Notes under the pieces: model-generated
What the model was told of the DNA's origin: nothing
Seen by the model: the letters and a program-made list of their open reading frames with translations, nothing else
The model's database searches: none
Source: Bacteroidia bacterium
GTDB lineage: Bacteria; Bacteroidota; Bacteroidia; UBA7662
Reading direction: 5' to 3'
Length of the DNA stretch: 48,193 nucleotides
Assembly (NCBI GenBank): GCA_049317645.1
Contig: JBMOHV010000003.1
Location: 1-48,193 of the forward strand
Shown here: in pieces, positions 18,180 through 26,277 of the stretch
How positions within the stretch are numbered: the stretch's first letter is position 1
Layout of the letters: each line of letters starts with the position of its first letter
Position numbers and translations under genes: made by a program

Positions 18180-19226
18180 TTGAAAATTTACAAGAATCAC
18201 GATTTAAGTCGTTACAACACCTTTGGTCTGGGGGTTAGGTCGACCTATTTTTTGGAGGTAGAGCAGGAGGACGATTTGCCCAGGGCGATTGAAACGGCCG
18301 AAGAACTCACCCAAGGAACTTTTATGTTTTTGGGCGGAGGCAGCAATGTTTTGTTCTGCGGTGATTACAAAGGCGCTGTGATTCACTTGGCCTTTGGGGG
18401 CCTTGAATACCATGAAACCGGTCGCAACCAGATTTTGGTGGAGGCCGGGGCCGGTGTGAGCTGGCATGACCTCGTGACCTATACGACCCAAAAAGGTTGG
18501 TGGGGTTTGGAAAACCTGGCCTTGATCCCGGGTTCTGTAGGTGCTGCGCCCATTCAGAACATTGGTGCCTACGGTGTGGAGCAGGGGGATTGTTTTGATA
18601 GTTTGAGCGGCCTGCCTTTGAACGGACCGCCCATTTCCTATGCCAAGGAAACTTGTGCCTTCGGTTATCGAAATTCGATATTCAAGCAAGAACTCAAAAA
18701 CGATTTTGTGATCACCCGGGTGCGCTACCTTCTGAGCACCCAACCCAGGCCTCGCCTGGAATACCAGGATCTAAAACTTCGATTTGAAAAGTCCATGCGT
18801 AAGGCTGCGGAGCATCATCCAAGCTCCGATGAAATTGCCAAAGCCGTGGCGGACATTCGTCGTTCCAAACTGCCTGACCCGGCGCTGATAGGCAATGCCG
18901 GAAGTTTTTTCAAGAATCCGATTTTGACCAAGGAGCAGGCTGATTCTTTGAAGAATTTGTACCCAAACATGCCTTTGTTTGCGCCCAAAACAGAGAACGC
19001 TGCAAGGAGCGAGTTCAAAACATCGGCCGCTTGGTTGATTGAGCAATGCGGATGGAAAGGGCATCGACGGGGCGCGATTGGGGTATCTGAAACCCATGCC
19101 TTGGTTCTGGTCCATTACGGTGGCGGGAAAGGCGAAGACGTGTGGCAGCTAGCGCAGGATATTCGCTCATCCGTTGCGATGGAATTTGGGATCGACTTGG
19201 AGCCAGAGGTCAACCCTGTTCTTTAA
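18180..19226 (+). CDS. murB: UDP-N-acetylmuramate dehydrogenase
   Basis: YNTFGL, LGGGSN, GLENLALIPGSVGAAPIQNIGAYG, GNAGSFFKNP, LEPEV. Confidence 0.96.
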   Translation: MKIYKNHDLSRYNTFGLGVRSTYFLEVEQEDDLPRAIETAEELTQGTFMFLGGGSNVLFCGDYKGAVIHLAFGGLEYHETGRNQILVEAGAGVSWHDLVTYTTQKGWWGLENLALIPGSVGAAPIQNIGAYGVEQGDCFDSLSGLPLNGPPISYAKETCAFGYRNSIFKQELKNDFVITRVRYLLSTQPRPRLEYQDLKLRFEKSMRKAAEHHPSSDEIAKAVADIRRSKLPDPALIGNAGSFFKNPILTKEQADSLKNLYPNMPLFAPKTENAARSEFKTSAAWLIEQCGWKGHRRGAIGVSETHALVLVHYGGGKGEDVWQLAQDIRSSVAMEFGIDLEPEVNPVL

Positions 19227-19233
19227 GCCTTAT

Positions 19234-20244
19234 TTAGGAATTCAGCAAATACATCCCTTGAGGGTTGATGCGGACCTTAACGCCCAGGGGCAGGGGGAAA
19301 TTTCGCAGGCCATGCCCAAAGGGCAACCCAAACAAGACCGGTACGCCGAGGTTCTGGGTTCGTTCGTAGGCAATACCGATCGGTTCCTGGCCATGGGGTA
19401 CAACATTGTCCTTGATATCGGTGAAATCCCCCAGTAAAATAGCTTTGACCTTGTCAAGTTGTCCGCTTCGCCGCAAGGCCAACCACATGCGATCCAGATG
19501 GTAGCGGTATTCATCAATGTCTTCGGCCAAAAGTAGGAGATCGCGGTGGACAGGCAAGGAATTGGATCCTAACAAACTATAGATCACCGATAAATTCCCC
19601 CCGTAGAGGTAGCCTTCAACGGTGTTGGAGGATGGTTTGCCAGTCGGCCAGCCAAATAAGGGGGCTGTTGGCTGGTTAGGACCGCCTGGAATGCCAGGAA
19701 CCTGAGGCGATTCTGCTTGGTTGGCAAAGGCAATGTAGGGGGTGCCCGGTTTGCGGAAACCGCCCTCCAGCAGGGCCAAGGTGAGCTCCCAACATTGGAT
19801 CCCCCATTCGGTGGTGTTGAATTGAAAGGGCATGGGGCCGTGGAGGCTGGCAACCCCGGTATGGGCCAGTGCATGATTCAGAATGGCGGTGGAATCGCTG
19901 TAACCACAAAGCCATTTGGGAGAACGGCGAAGGACCGACCAATCCACCAGGTCCAAAATCCGTGCCGCCCCGTAGCCACCGCGGGCCATAAAAAGGGCCG
20001 TTATATCGGGACGATTCAGAAAGCCCTGAAGGTCAGCGGCTCTTTCTTCATCGGTTCCGGCCAATTGGTGTTTGAATTGGCCAATGCTAAGGCCGACTTC
20101 GACTTCAAAGCCCCGGCGTTCCATCCATTCAACCCATGCCCTGATTTGATTGTATTCAACGCCTCTCGAAGGCGCGACCAAGCCAACAGTGTCGCCTTTG
20201 CGCAAAAAGGGCGGGACTAGAAAAGATTCGATGGGGGCCGGCAT
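19234..20244 (-). CDS. LD-carboxypeptidase (peptidase S66)
   Basis: ARGGYGA, GYSD (Ser), GGNLS, LAEDIDE (Glu), PFGH (His). ATG 20244 avoids overlapping rlmB. Confidence 0.9.
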   Translation of the reverse strand: MPAPIESFLVPPFLRKGDTVGLVAPSRGVEYNQIRAWVEWMERRGFEVEVGLSIGQFKHQLAGTDEERAADLQGFLNRPDITALFMARGGYGAARILDLVDWSVLRRSPKWLCGYSDSTAILNHALAHTGVASLHGPMPFQFNTTEWGIQCWELTLALLEGGFRKPGTPYIAFANQAESPQVPGIPGGPNQPTAPLFGWPTGKPSSNTVEGYLYGGNLSVIYSLLGSNSLPVHRDLLLLAEDIDEYRYHLDRMWLALRRSGQLDKVKAILLGDFTDIKDNVVPHGQEPIGIAYERTQNLGVPVLFGLPFGHGLRNFPLPLGVKVRINPQGMYLLNS

Positions 20245-20263
20245 TGGATTCCGGAAGGTGGAA

Positions 20264-21058
20264 TTAGGTACGGCTTCTTTGCAAATGGCACTCAAAGAGA
20301 AGGATGCCACCGGCCACCGAAACATTCAATGAACCAATCGACCGGGCCCGCGCCGGCATCGGTATACGAAGCAAGGCATCGCAGCGCCGAAGGGTATCCG
20401 GGCTGAGTCCGTGGTCTTCGGCTCCCAAAACCAAAGCCAACGGTCCTGAAAGATCTTGATCACGGCCCAAATCTTTGCCTTTTTCGCTGGCTCCCATAAT
20501 TCGGAATCCGCTATTGGCCAGGTAACGCAGGGCTTCTGGCAAGGAAAGGGTGCGGCAAACCGGTAACAATTCCAAGGCACCCGCGCTGGCCTTGATGGCA
20601 TCCGGAGTGACTTGGGCGTTGTCCAGGCCGGGAATCAACAAAGCATCCGCTCCCAAACACCAAGCCGACCGGGCCAGTGCCCCCAAATTGCGGACATCCG
20701 TGATCCCATCGCTTACCACCAAAAGCGGGGACTGCCCTTGGTCAAAGGCAGATTGGACCCATTCCTCCAATGCATGATAGGCAATGGGCGAAGCCTGGGC
20801 CACAATTCCCTGATGGTTGCCCGGGCAAAGCTGTTGCAATTTCTCGGGTGGAACTTCCTGAACGGGCACCGAGCGTTGCCGGGCTTCGCGAAGCAAACCG
20901 AGCACAGCCGGATCCTTTTTGCCACGTTGAACCCATATGCGATTGATTTCTTGGCCTGAATCCAAGAGCACTTCGACAGCATGCACCCCGGGGCGCAGAT
21001 CGGCCGAGGATTTAAATCCTCCCCCGCCACGGCCCCTGTACCCTTGGTCTCTTAACAT
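20264..21058 (-). CDS. rlmB: 23S rRNA Gm2251 2'-O-methyltransferase (SpoU family)
   Basis: GVHAVE, NHQGIVA, DGITDVRNLGALARSA, LVLGAEDHGL, SLNVSVAGGILLFE. Confidence 0.9.
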   Translation of the reverse strand: MLRDQGYRGRGGGGFKSSADLRPGVHAVEVLLDSGQEINRIWVQRGKKDPAVLGLLREARQRSVPVQEVPPEKLQQLCPGNHQGIVAQASPIAYHALEEWVQSAFDQGQSPLLVVSDGITDVRNLGALARSAWCLGADALLIPGLDNAQVTPDAIKASAGALELLPVCRTLSLPEALRYLANSGFRIMGASEKGKDLGRDQDLSGPLALVLGAEDHGLSPDTLRRCDALLRIPMPARARSIGSLNVSVAGGILLFECHLQRSRT

Positions 21059-21063
21059 AGGAT

Positions 21064-24063
21064 CTAGGAGCCCACGGCTGTAAGGCGCTTCTGGAAACCT
21101 TCGGCCAAGCTGCCTTGACCAAAATTTTGCGATAAGCGGACCATTTCATTCATCACCGCCCTGGCGGCTTGTTCATCCCTTTCGTAGAAGCTCCGTTGTT
21201 CACCTCGTAGCGAAGCAAAATAAATCGCTTCGGATTCGTAGGTGTCAAAAAACTCTTTGGCCAGGCGATTGGCCTTGGCTGAAGCACCCGCCCGGTGGTA
21301 AAATTCCACCATCTGATAATTGTAGGGGAGGTAGGTGATTTTGTGGTTGGGCATTTCGGTATCGCACAAATCCAGAACCCGAACGGCATCCTCGTTCCGA
21401 CCTGTCAGCAGGAGATTTTCTACCAAACGCATCGCGTTGCTACGCAGGTTGATGGTCATACGGTTGGTTTCAGGGTCAATGTAAATTTCCTCCTTCATCC
21501 GACCCCAACGGAATTTCTTGGTGAAATTTTCGAGCATGATATCCACGGCGGTTTGGGAAGGCATGCCTTGATTGGCCGGAACTCGGAACGGAGTCAGGCG
21601 ATAGACCAAGCCCTCTAGGCGGAAATAATCTTCGAGTCCCAGGTATTGTTCGGAACCCATGGAAACCGTCCAGCAAACCGGCCTTTTCCAGTGGTTCTGT
21701 GCAAGGAGGTCCAAGATAATCAAGTCATTCTTCATGACCCCGTTGCGGGCAAAGGTCCATTCGATTCTTTGAGGGGCACGGGATGAGTCTGATGTTGTAA
21801 CAGCGCCCTGCGCTATGGCGTTTTGAAGATTCACCGGCAGCGAAAAGTTCTGAGTAGGGAAATAATTGATCATCGTCCCGCTCTGGGTTGGGAGTTTGGC
21901 CGAAGGATCGTCGCTTGCCATGAATTGAACCAATTGCTCCAGGTCGTAAAAACCTTGGAGCTTGCGGTCAAAAAACGGCAGGTAATCCCGAGTGCCCATA
22001 GCGATTTTGTCTTGGGCGATGCTCAGGGGGATGGCCTCGCTTTGGTTCATGCTCTGACGCAGATGGTCAATATACCAATCCGTTCCCAACAAACTCAGGT
22101 TGACAACGCGCACATCGGATCGGATTCCTTCGACTTCTTGAGCATACCACAAAGGATAGGTATCGTTATCGCCCATGGTGAAGAGAATCGCATTGGGTGG
22201 GCAGGATTCCAAATAATTCACAGCAATATCCCGGGCGGTGTATTTACCAGAACGATCGTGGTCATCCCAGTTCTGAGCGCCCATGATCGCAGGAATCACT
22301 AGGCCAGCAACAACAGCCAACGGTGCGGCAACGGCAGGGCTCATACGGCTCCCCACCAAACGACCCAACGCCATAACGCCCAATCCGATCCAAATGGCGA
22401 ACGCATAGAACGAACCAACATAAGCGTAATCCCGTTCGCGTGGTTGCAATGGCTCAAAATTCAGGTAGATAACAATCGCGATCCCGGTCAGTAAGAAGAG
22501 CAAAAAAACGGTCCAGGCATCTCCTTTGGCTTTCTTGAAATGATACCAAAGACCAAGCAGGCCTAGCAAGAGGGGCAATGCAAAATACGTGTTGCGGGCT
22601 TTGTTGCCTTTGCGATGCGCGGGCAGTTTGGCCGAGGGTCCAACGCGGGATTCATCCAAGGCCTCGATTCCGCTAATCCAGTTCCCTTTTTCAAAATCAC
22701 GACCGTGTCCCTGAATGTCGTTTTGACGTCCCACAAAATTCCATAGGAAATAACGCATGTACATATGCCCTAACTGGTAGGTGAACAAGAAATTCATGTT
22801 GTCGGAGAAGCGGGGCTTTTCGCCATCTTTCAAATCAAGCCAGGATTTGTAAAAATCAATATGCCGCTGCTGGGTACCGGCGCGTTTGTAGGCCCTGGGC
22901 AAAAAGGTATTTTGAGTTGGATCGTAAATTGGAATAATGTCGCGACCGGCTTCGACATAGTTGTTGGGCCCTTTGCGGTATTTCATGGGGCCTTCTTCTT
23001 GGTCTACCACTTCGGCGGTGAAATAAGGTCCCGTTAACAAAGGGCGATCGCCGTATTGTTCGCGGTTGATGTAGGATAACAACGAAAAAATATCCGATGG
23101 TTTGTTCATGTTGATCGAGGGATCGGCATGGGAGCGGATCACAATCATGCTGTAGGAAGAATACCCGATCACCACAAAGGCAGTACCCAGCAAGAGTTGG
23201 TTCAAAAGAACTTTGCCGGTCCGATGGGTATGGGCGATACCCCAAGCCAGGCCACCCACAAAAAGAAGGGCAAAAGCCCAGTTTCCAGATCCAAAAGGCA
23301 GCCCCATGCTGTTGACGGCTAGAAGCTCAAACTTGGATGCCAGGGTGGGCAATCCGGGGATAATTCCGTACTGAACCAAGGCCAGCACACCGACCGACCC
23401 TAGAAGACTCACAACAACACCGCGCGGAGTGGGTGTGTTATGGCGCAGGTAAACCACCAAGCAAATCGCCGGAATCGCCAATAAATTCAGCAAGTGGACG
23501 CCGATGGACAGGCCCATCAAATAGGCAATCAACAGCAGCCAACGATCGGCATAGGGCTCATCGGCAACGCGCTCCCATTTCAAGACGGCCCAGAAAACAA
23601 CCGCTGTGAAGAAAGATGAATACGCATAAACCTCACCTTCGACGGCTGAGAACCAAAAAGAATCCGAAAAAGTATAAGCCAGAGCACCCACCAAGCCGGA
23701 CCCCATCACCAACCAAAGGGAGGATCCTGTAAGGCTTTGTTGCTCTTTTTCGACCATTTTTCGGCCTAGAGCCGTAATCGACCAAAACAAAAAGAGAATG
23801 GTGAATCCCGAGGTGAGTCCGCTCAAAAAGTTGACCGACCAAGCTACATTTTCGGGGCTACCGGCCAGGAGCGTGAAAAGGCGCCCTGTGAGCATAAAAA
23901 AGGGCGCCCCGGGGGGGTGCATGACCTGCAATTTGAAACAGGCCGAAATAAATTCACCGCAGTCCCAAAAGGAAGTGGTCGGTTCCAGGGTGAGGGTGTA
24001 AACAGCCGTCGCAAAGGCAAAAACCAACCATCCCAAGAGGTTGTTAATTTTCTGGTAACTCAT
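21064..24063 (-). CDS. DUF2723 multi-pass membrane protein (TMEM260-like GT-C glycosyltransferase)
   Basis: SFWDCGEF, HPPGAP, SFWFSAVEGEVYA, GVHLLNLL, REQYG, QPRERDY, FTMGDNDTYPLWY, many TM segments and a helical C-terminal domain. Confidence 0.88.
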   Translation of the reverse strand: MSYQKINNLLGWLVFAFATAVYTLTLEPTTSFWDCGEFISACFKLQVMHPPGAPFFMLTGRLFTLLAGSPENVAWSVNFLSGLTSGFTILFLFWSITALGRKMVEKEQQSLTGSSLWLVMGSGLVGALAYTFSDSFWFSAVEGEVYAYSSFFTAVVFWAVLKWERVADEPYADRWLLLIAYLMGLSIGVHLLNLLAIPAICLVVYLRHNTPTPRGVVVSLLGSVGVLALVQYGIIPGLPTLASKFELLAVNSMGLPFGSGNWAFALLFVGGLAWGIAHTHRTGKVLLNQLLLGTAFVVIGYSSYSMIVIRSHADPSINMNKPSDIFSLLSYINREQYGDRPLLTGPYFTAEVVDQEEGPMKYRKGPNNYVEAGRDIIPIYDPTQNTFLPRAYKRAGTQQRHIDFYKSWLDLKDGEKPRFSDNMNFLFTYQLGHMYMRYFLWNFVGRQNDIQGHGRDFEKGNWISGIEALDESRVGPSAKLPAHRKGNKARNTYFALPLLLGLLGLWYHFKKAKGDAWTVFLLFLLTGIAIVIYLNFEPLQPRERDYAYVGSFYAFAIWIGLGVMALGRLVGSRMSPAVAAPLAVVAGLVIPAIMGAQNWDDHDRSGKYTARDIAVNYLESCPPNAILFTMGDNDTYPLWYAQEVEGIRSDVRVVNLSLLGTDWYIDHLRQSMNQSEAIPLSIAQDKIAMGTRDYLPFFDRKLQGFYDLEQLVQFMASDDPSAKLPTQSGTMINYFPTQNFSLPVNLQNAIAQGAVTTSDSSRAPQRIEWTFARNGVMKNDLIILDLLAQNHWKRPVCWTVSMGSEQYLGLEDYFRLEGLVYRLTPFRVPANQGMPSQTAVDIMLENFTKKFRWGRMKEEIYIDPETNRMTINLRSNAMRLVENLLLTGRNEDAVRVLDLCDTEMPNHKITYLPYNYQMVEFYHRAGASAKANRLAKEFFDTYESEAIYFASLRGEQRSFYERDEQAARAVMNEMVRLSQNFGQGSLAEGFQKRLTAVGS

Positions 24064-24112
24064 TTCTCTTCAATTTAGCCCCGAAAATAGGGATAAATGC
24101 CCTGAATCGGGC

Positions 24113-24120
24113 TATATTTG
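24113..24120 (+). promoter_or_regulatory. -7 promoter element for tRNA-Gln
   Basis: TATATTTG about 65 bp upstream of the tRNA. Confidence 0.6.
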
Positions 24121-24184
24121 CCCTCCGTTTCCGGACCTTGAATGGCTCTAAAGGCCTCTGGGTTTGTCAAAACGGGGACCAAGC

Positions 24185-24257
24185 TGGCCGATGGTGTAAT
24201 TGGCAACACGTCTGATTTTGGTTCAGAAGAGTCTAGGTTCGAGACCTAGTCGGCCAA
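24185..24257 (+). tRNA. tRNA-Gln (anticodon TTG)
   Basis: Acceptor TGGCCGA/TCGGCCA, anticodon arm TCTGA-TTTTGGT-TCAGA, T arm CTAGG-TTCGAGA-CCTAG. CCA is not encoded. Confidence 0.96.
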
Positions 24258-24258
24258 C

Positions 24259-24287
24259 AAAAAGGGCTGCCCGAAGGCAGCCCTTTT
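24259..24287. terminator. Bidirectional intrinsic terminator between tRNA-Gln and ahcY
   Basis: AAAAAGGGCTGCC-CGAA-GGCAGCCCTTTT. Confidence 0.88.
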
Positions 24288-24303
24288 GATTTTGCAGCGT
24301 TAT

Positions 24304-24368
24304 CGCAGTCGCTCGTGGGCAACGCAGTCGCTCGTGGGCAACGCAGTCGCTCGTGGGCGTTGCGGTCG
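24304..24368. repeat. 19-bp tandem repeat, 3 copies plus a degenerate partial copy
   Basis: CGCAGTCGCTCGTGGGCAA at 24304 and 24323, 17/19 at 24342, then TGCGGTCG. No spacers. Confidence 0.92.
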
Positions 24369-24418
24369 TTGATCGCCGGAATCTCCCCTGAGGGGATGCG
24401 TCAACAACCAACGCCCAC
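24353..24418. repeat. Long imperfect inverted repeat (hairpin) directly after the ahcY stop
   Basis: GTGGGCGTTG/CAACGCCCAC perfect 10 bp, inner GTTGA/TCAAC, CGC/GCG and TCCCC-TGA-GGGGA. Confidence 0.75.
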
Positions 24419-24421
24419 TGC

Positions 24422-25729
24422 CTAGTAGCGGTACATTTCGGTTTTGAAAGGACCGTTAAGGCCTACCCCGATATAATCGGCTTGTTCGTTGCTCAGGGTT
24501 TCCAGTTCGGCGCCGACCTTCGAAAGATGCAGGGCAGCGACCTTTTCGTCCAGGTGCTTGGGGAGGACATAGACCTGATTGCTGTATTTTCCGGCATTGC
24601 TCCACAACTCCATTTGAGCCAAGGTTTGATTGGTAAACGAGTTGGACATCACAAAGCTTGGGTGTCCCATGGCGCAACCAAGGTTGACTAGGCGGCCTTC
24701 GGCTAGAACAATGATCTCGCGACCCTCAATGGTATAAACATCGACCTGCGGCTTGACCGTGTACTTGGAGTCGCCATGATTTTTGTTCAACCAGGTCATG
24801 TCAATTTCGTTGTCAAAGTGACCGATGTTGCAGACAATGGTTTTGTCTTTCATCTTCCGAAAGTGCCTATCGGTCACAATGTTACAGTTTCCGGTGGCCG
24901 TGACAACCATGTCAACGCGGTCGATAACACTATCCAAGCGTTGAACCTGGTAACCGTCCATGGCGGCCTGCAAAGCGCAGATAGGATCAATCTCTGTAAC
25001 AATAACTCGTGCACCGGCACCGCGAAGACTTTCGGCAGTTCCTTTGCCGACATCTCCGTAACCGCAGACGACGGCTACTTTGCCGGCCATCATAACATCG
25101 GTTGCACGACGGATCGCATCAACGGCTGATTCGCGACAACCGTACTTGTTGTCAAATTTGGATTTGGTAACGGAATCGTTCACATTAATGGCAGGAACAG
25201 GCAGGGTGCCTTCGCGCATCCGCTTGTAGAGGCGGGCTACACCGGTGGTGGTTTCTTCGGAGATACCACGGAGGTCGGCGACCATTTCGGGGTAGCGATC
25301 TAACACAACATTGGTCAAATCTCCTCCGTCGTCCAGGATCATGTTTAGGGGCTGTCCGCCCTCAAAAGCATGAAGGGTTTGTTCAATGCACCACTCGTAT
25401 TCTTCTTCGGTCATGCCCTTCCAAGCGTAGACCGGGATCCCGGCGGCAGCGATGGCGGCAGCAGCGTGGTCCTGGGTCGAAAAAATATTGCAGGAGGACC
25501 AGCTGACTTCGGCACCGAGTTCCTTGAGGGTTTCGATCAAAACGGCGGTCTGAATGGTCATGTGCAGGCAACCTGCAATGCGGGCACCCTTGAGGGGCTG
25601 GGTAGGACCGAATTCTTCACGCAATGCCATCAGGCCCGGCATTTCGGCTTCGGCCAGACGAATTTCTTTGCGACCCCATTCGGCGAGGGCAATGTCTTTG
25701 ACTTTGTATTGAGCGACAGCGCTTTCCAT
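24422..25729 (-). CDS. ahcY: S-adenosyl-L-homocysteine hydrolase
   Basis: [61 protein letters not shown] at 25729. Confidence 0.97.
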   Translation of the reverse strand: MESAVAQYKVKDIALAEWGRKEIRLAEAEMPGLMALREEFGPTQPLKGARIAGCLHMTIQTAVLIETLKELGAEVSWSSCNIFSTQDHAAAAIAAAGIPVYAWKGMTEEEYEWCIEQTLHAFEGGQPLNMILDDGGDLTNVVLDRYPEMVADLRGISEETTTGVARLYKRMREGTLPVPAINVNDSVTKSKFDNKYGCRESAVDAIRRATDVMMAGKVAVVCGYGDVGKGTAESLRGAGARVIVTEIDPICALQAAMDGYQVQRLDSVIDRVDMVVTATGNCNIVTDRHFRKMKDKTIVCNIGHFDNEIDMTWLNKNHGDSKYTVKPQVDVYTIEGREIIVLAEGRLVNLGCAMGHPSFVMSNSFTNQTLAQMELWSNAGKYSNQVYVLPKHLDEKVAALHLSKVGAELETLSNEQADYIGVGLNGPFKTEMYRY

Positions 25730-25747
25730 AGTTTTTGGTTTGGGCCG

Positions 25748-25755
25748 CAAATATA
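25748..25755 (-). promoter_or_regulatory. -7 promoter element for ahcY
   Basis: TATATTTG on the minus strand, 18 bp before the ATG. Confidence 0.6.
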
Positions 25756-25855
25756 CGATGCCCGGGGTGGAAGCGTTGTATTTTTGGGCTCGAAGACTGG
25801 GTTACCCCCCCTGGGGCGATGGGTCTTCTTGTTTCAACCCAAAAATCTCCTATCT

Positions 25856-26266
25856 ATGCCTTATCCCGAATTTATGGTGGCGCCCATGCGCAAAGAATTA
25901 ACCGACCTTGGTTTTGAAGAATTACGGACCCCTGAACAGGTTCAAGAATTTGTAAATCGCCAAGACGACCTTGCCTTGGTGGTGGTGAATTCAGTCTGCG
26001 GTTGTGCAGCGGCCAATGCCCGTCCCGGTATTCGCAAAGCCCTGGAACATGCCTCCGCCCCCAAAGCCCGGGTCACCGTCTTTGCGGGTATGGAGACCGA
26101 TGCCGTTGACGAAATGCGAACTCATTTTTTGCCATACCCTCCATCCTCCCCCTGCATTGCTTTGTTTAAGGGAGGTCAATTGGTCCAACTCATCGAGCGG
26201 AGTGGCATTGAGGGGCACAGCGCCGATGCGATTGCGGATCGGCTCCAGGCCTTGTTTGCCGAGTAG
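25856..26266 (+). CDS. BrxA/BrxB family bacilliredoxin (YphP/YqiW, DUF1094)
   Basis: YPEFMVAPMRKELT, VVNSVCGCAAANARPG (CGC motif), PPSSPCIALFKGG. The track ORF is over-extended into antisense ahcY. Confidence 0.9.
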   Translation: MPYPEFMVAPMRKELTDLGFEELRTPEQVQEFVNRQDDLALVVVNSVCGCAAANARPGIRKALEHASAPKARVTVFAGMETDAVDEMRTHFLPYPPSSPCIALFKGGQLVQLIERSGIEGHSADAIADRLQALFAE

Positions 26267-26277
26267 CCTGCCGGCAA

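Noticed and set aside
24304-24368. CRISPR array
   Set aside because: The repeats are head-to-tail with no spacers, only 19 bp long, and there are no cas genes.
24185-24420. tRNA-anchored genomic island or att site
   Set aside because: No integrase, no duplicated tRNA 3' end that I can see, and core genes on both sides.
25730-25855. SAH riboswitch upstream of ahcY
   Set aside because: The -7 element is only 18 bp from the ATG, leaving no leader, and I see no recognisable aptamer sequence.
25370-25855. N-terminal extensions in the ORF track (bacilliredoxin, also gcvP, trmB, prfA, OMP, LD-carboxypeptidase)
   Set aside because: They overlap neighbouring genes. Downstream starts match family N-termini and promoter positions.
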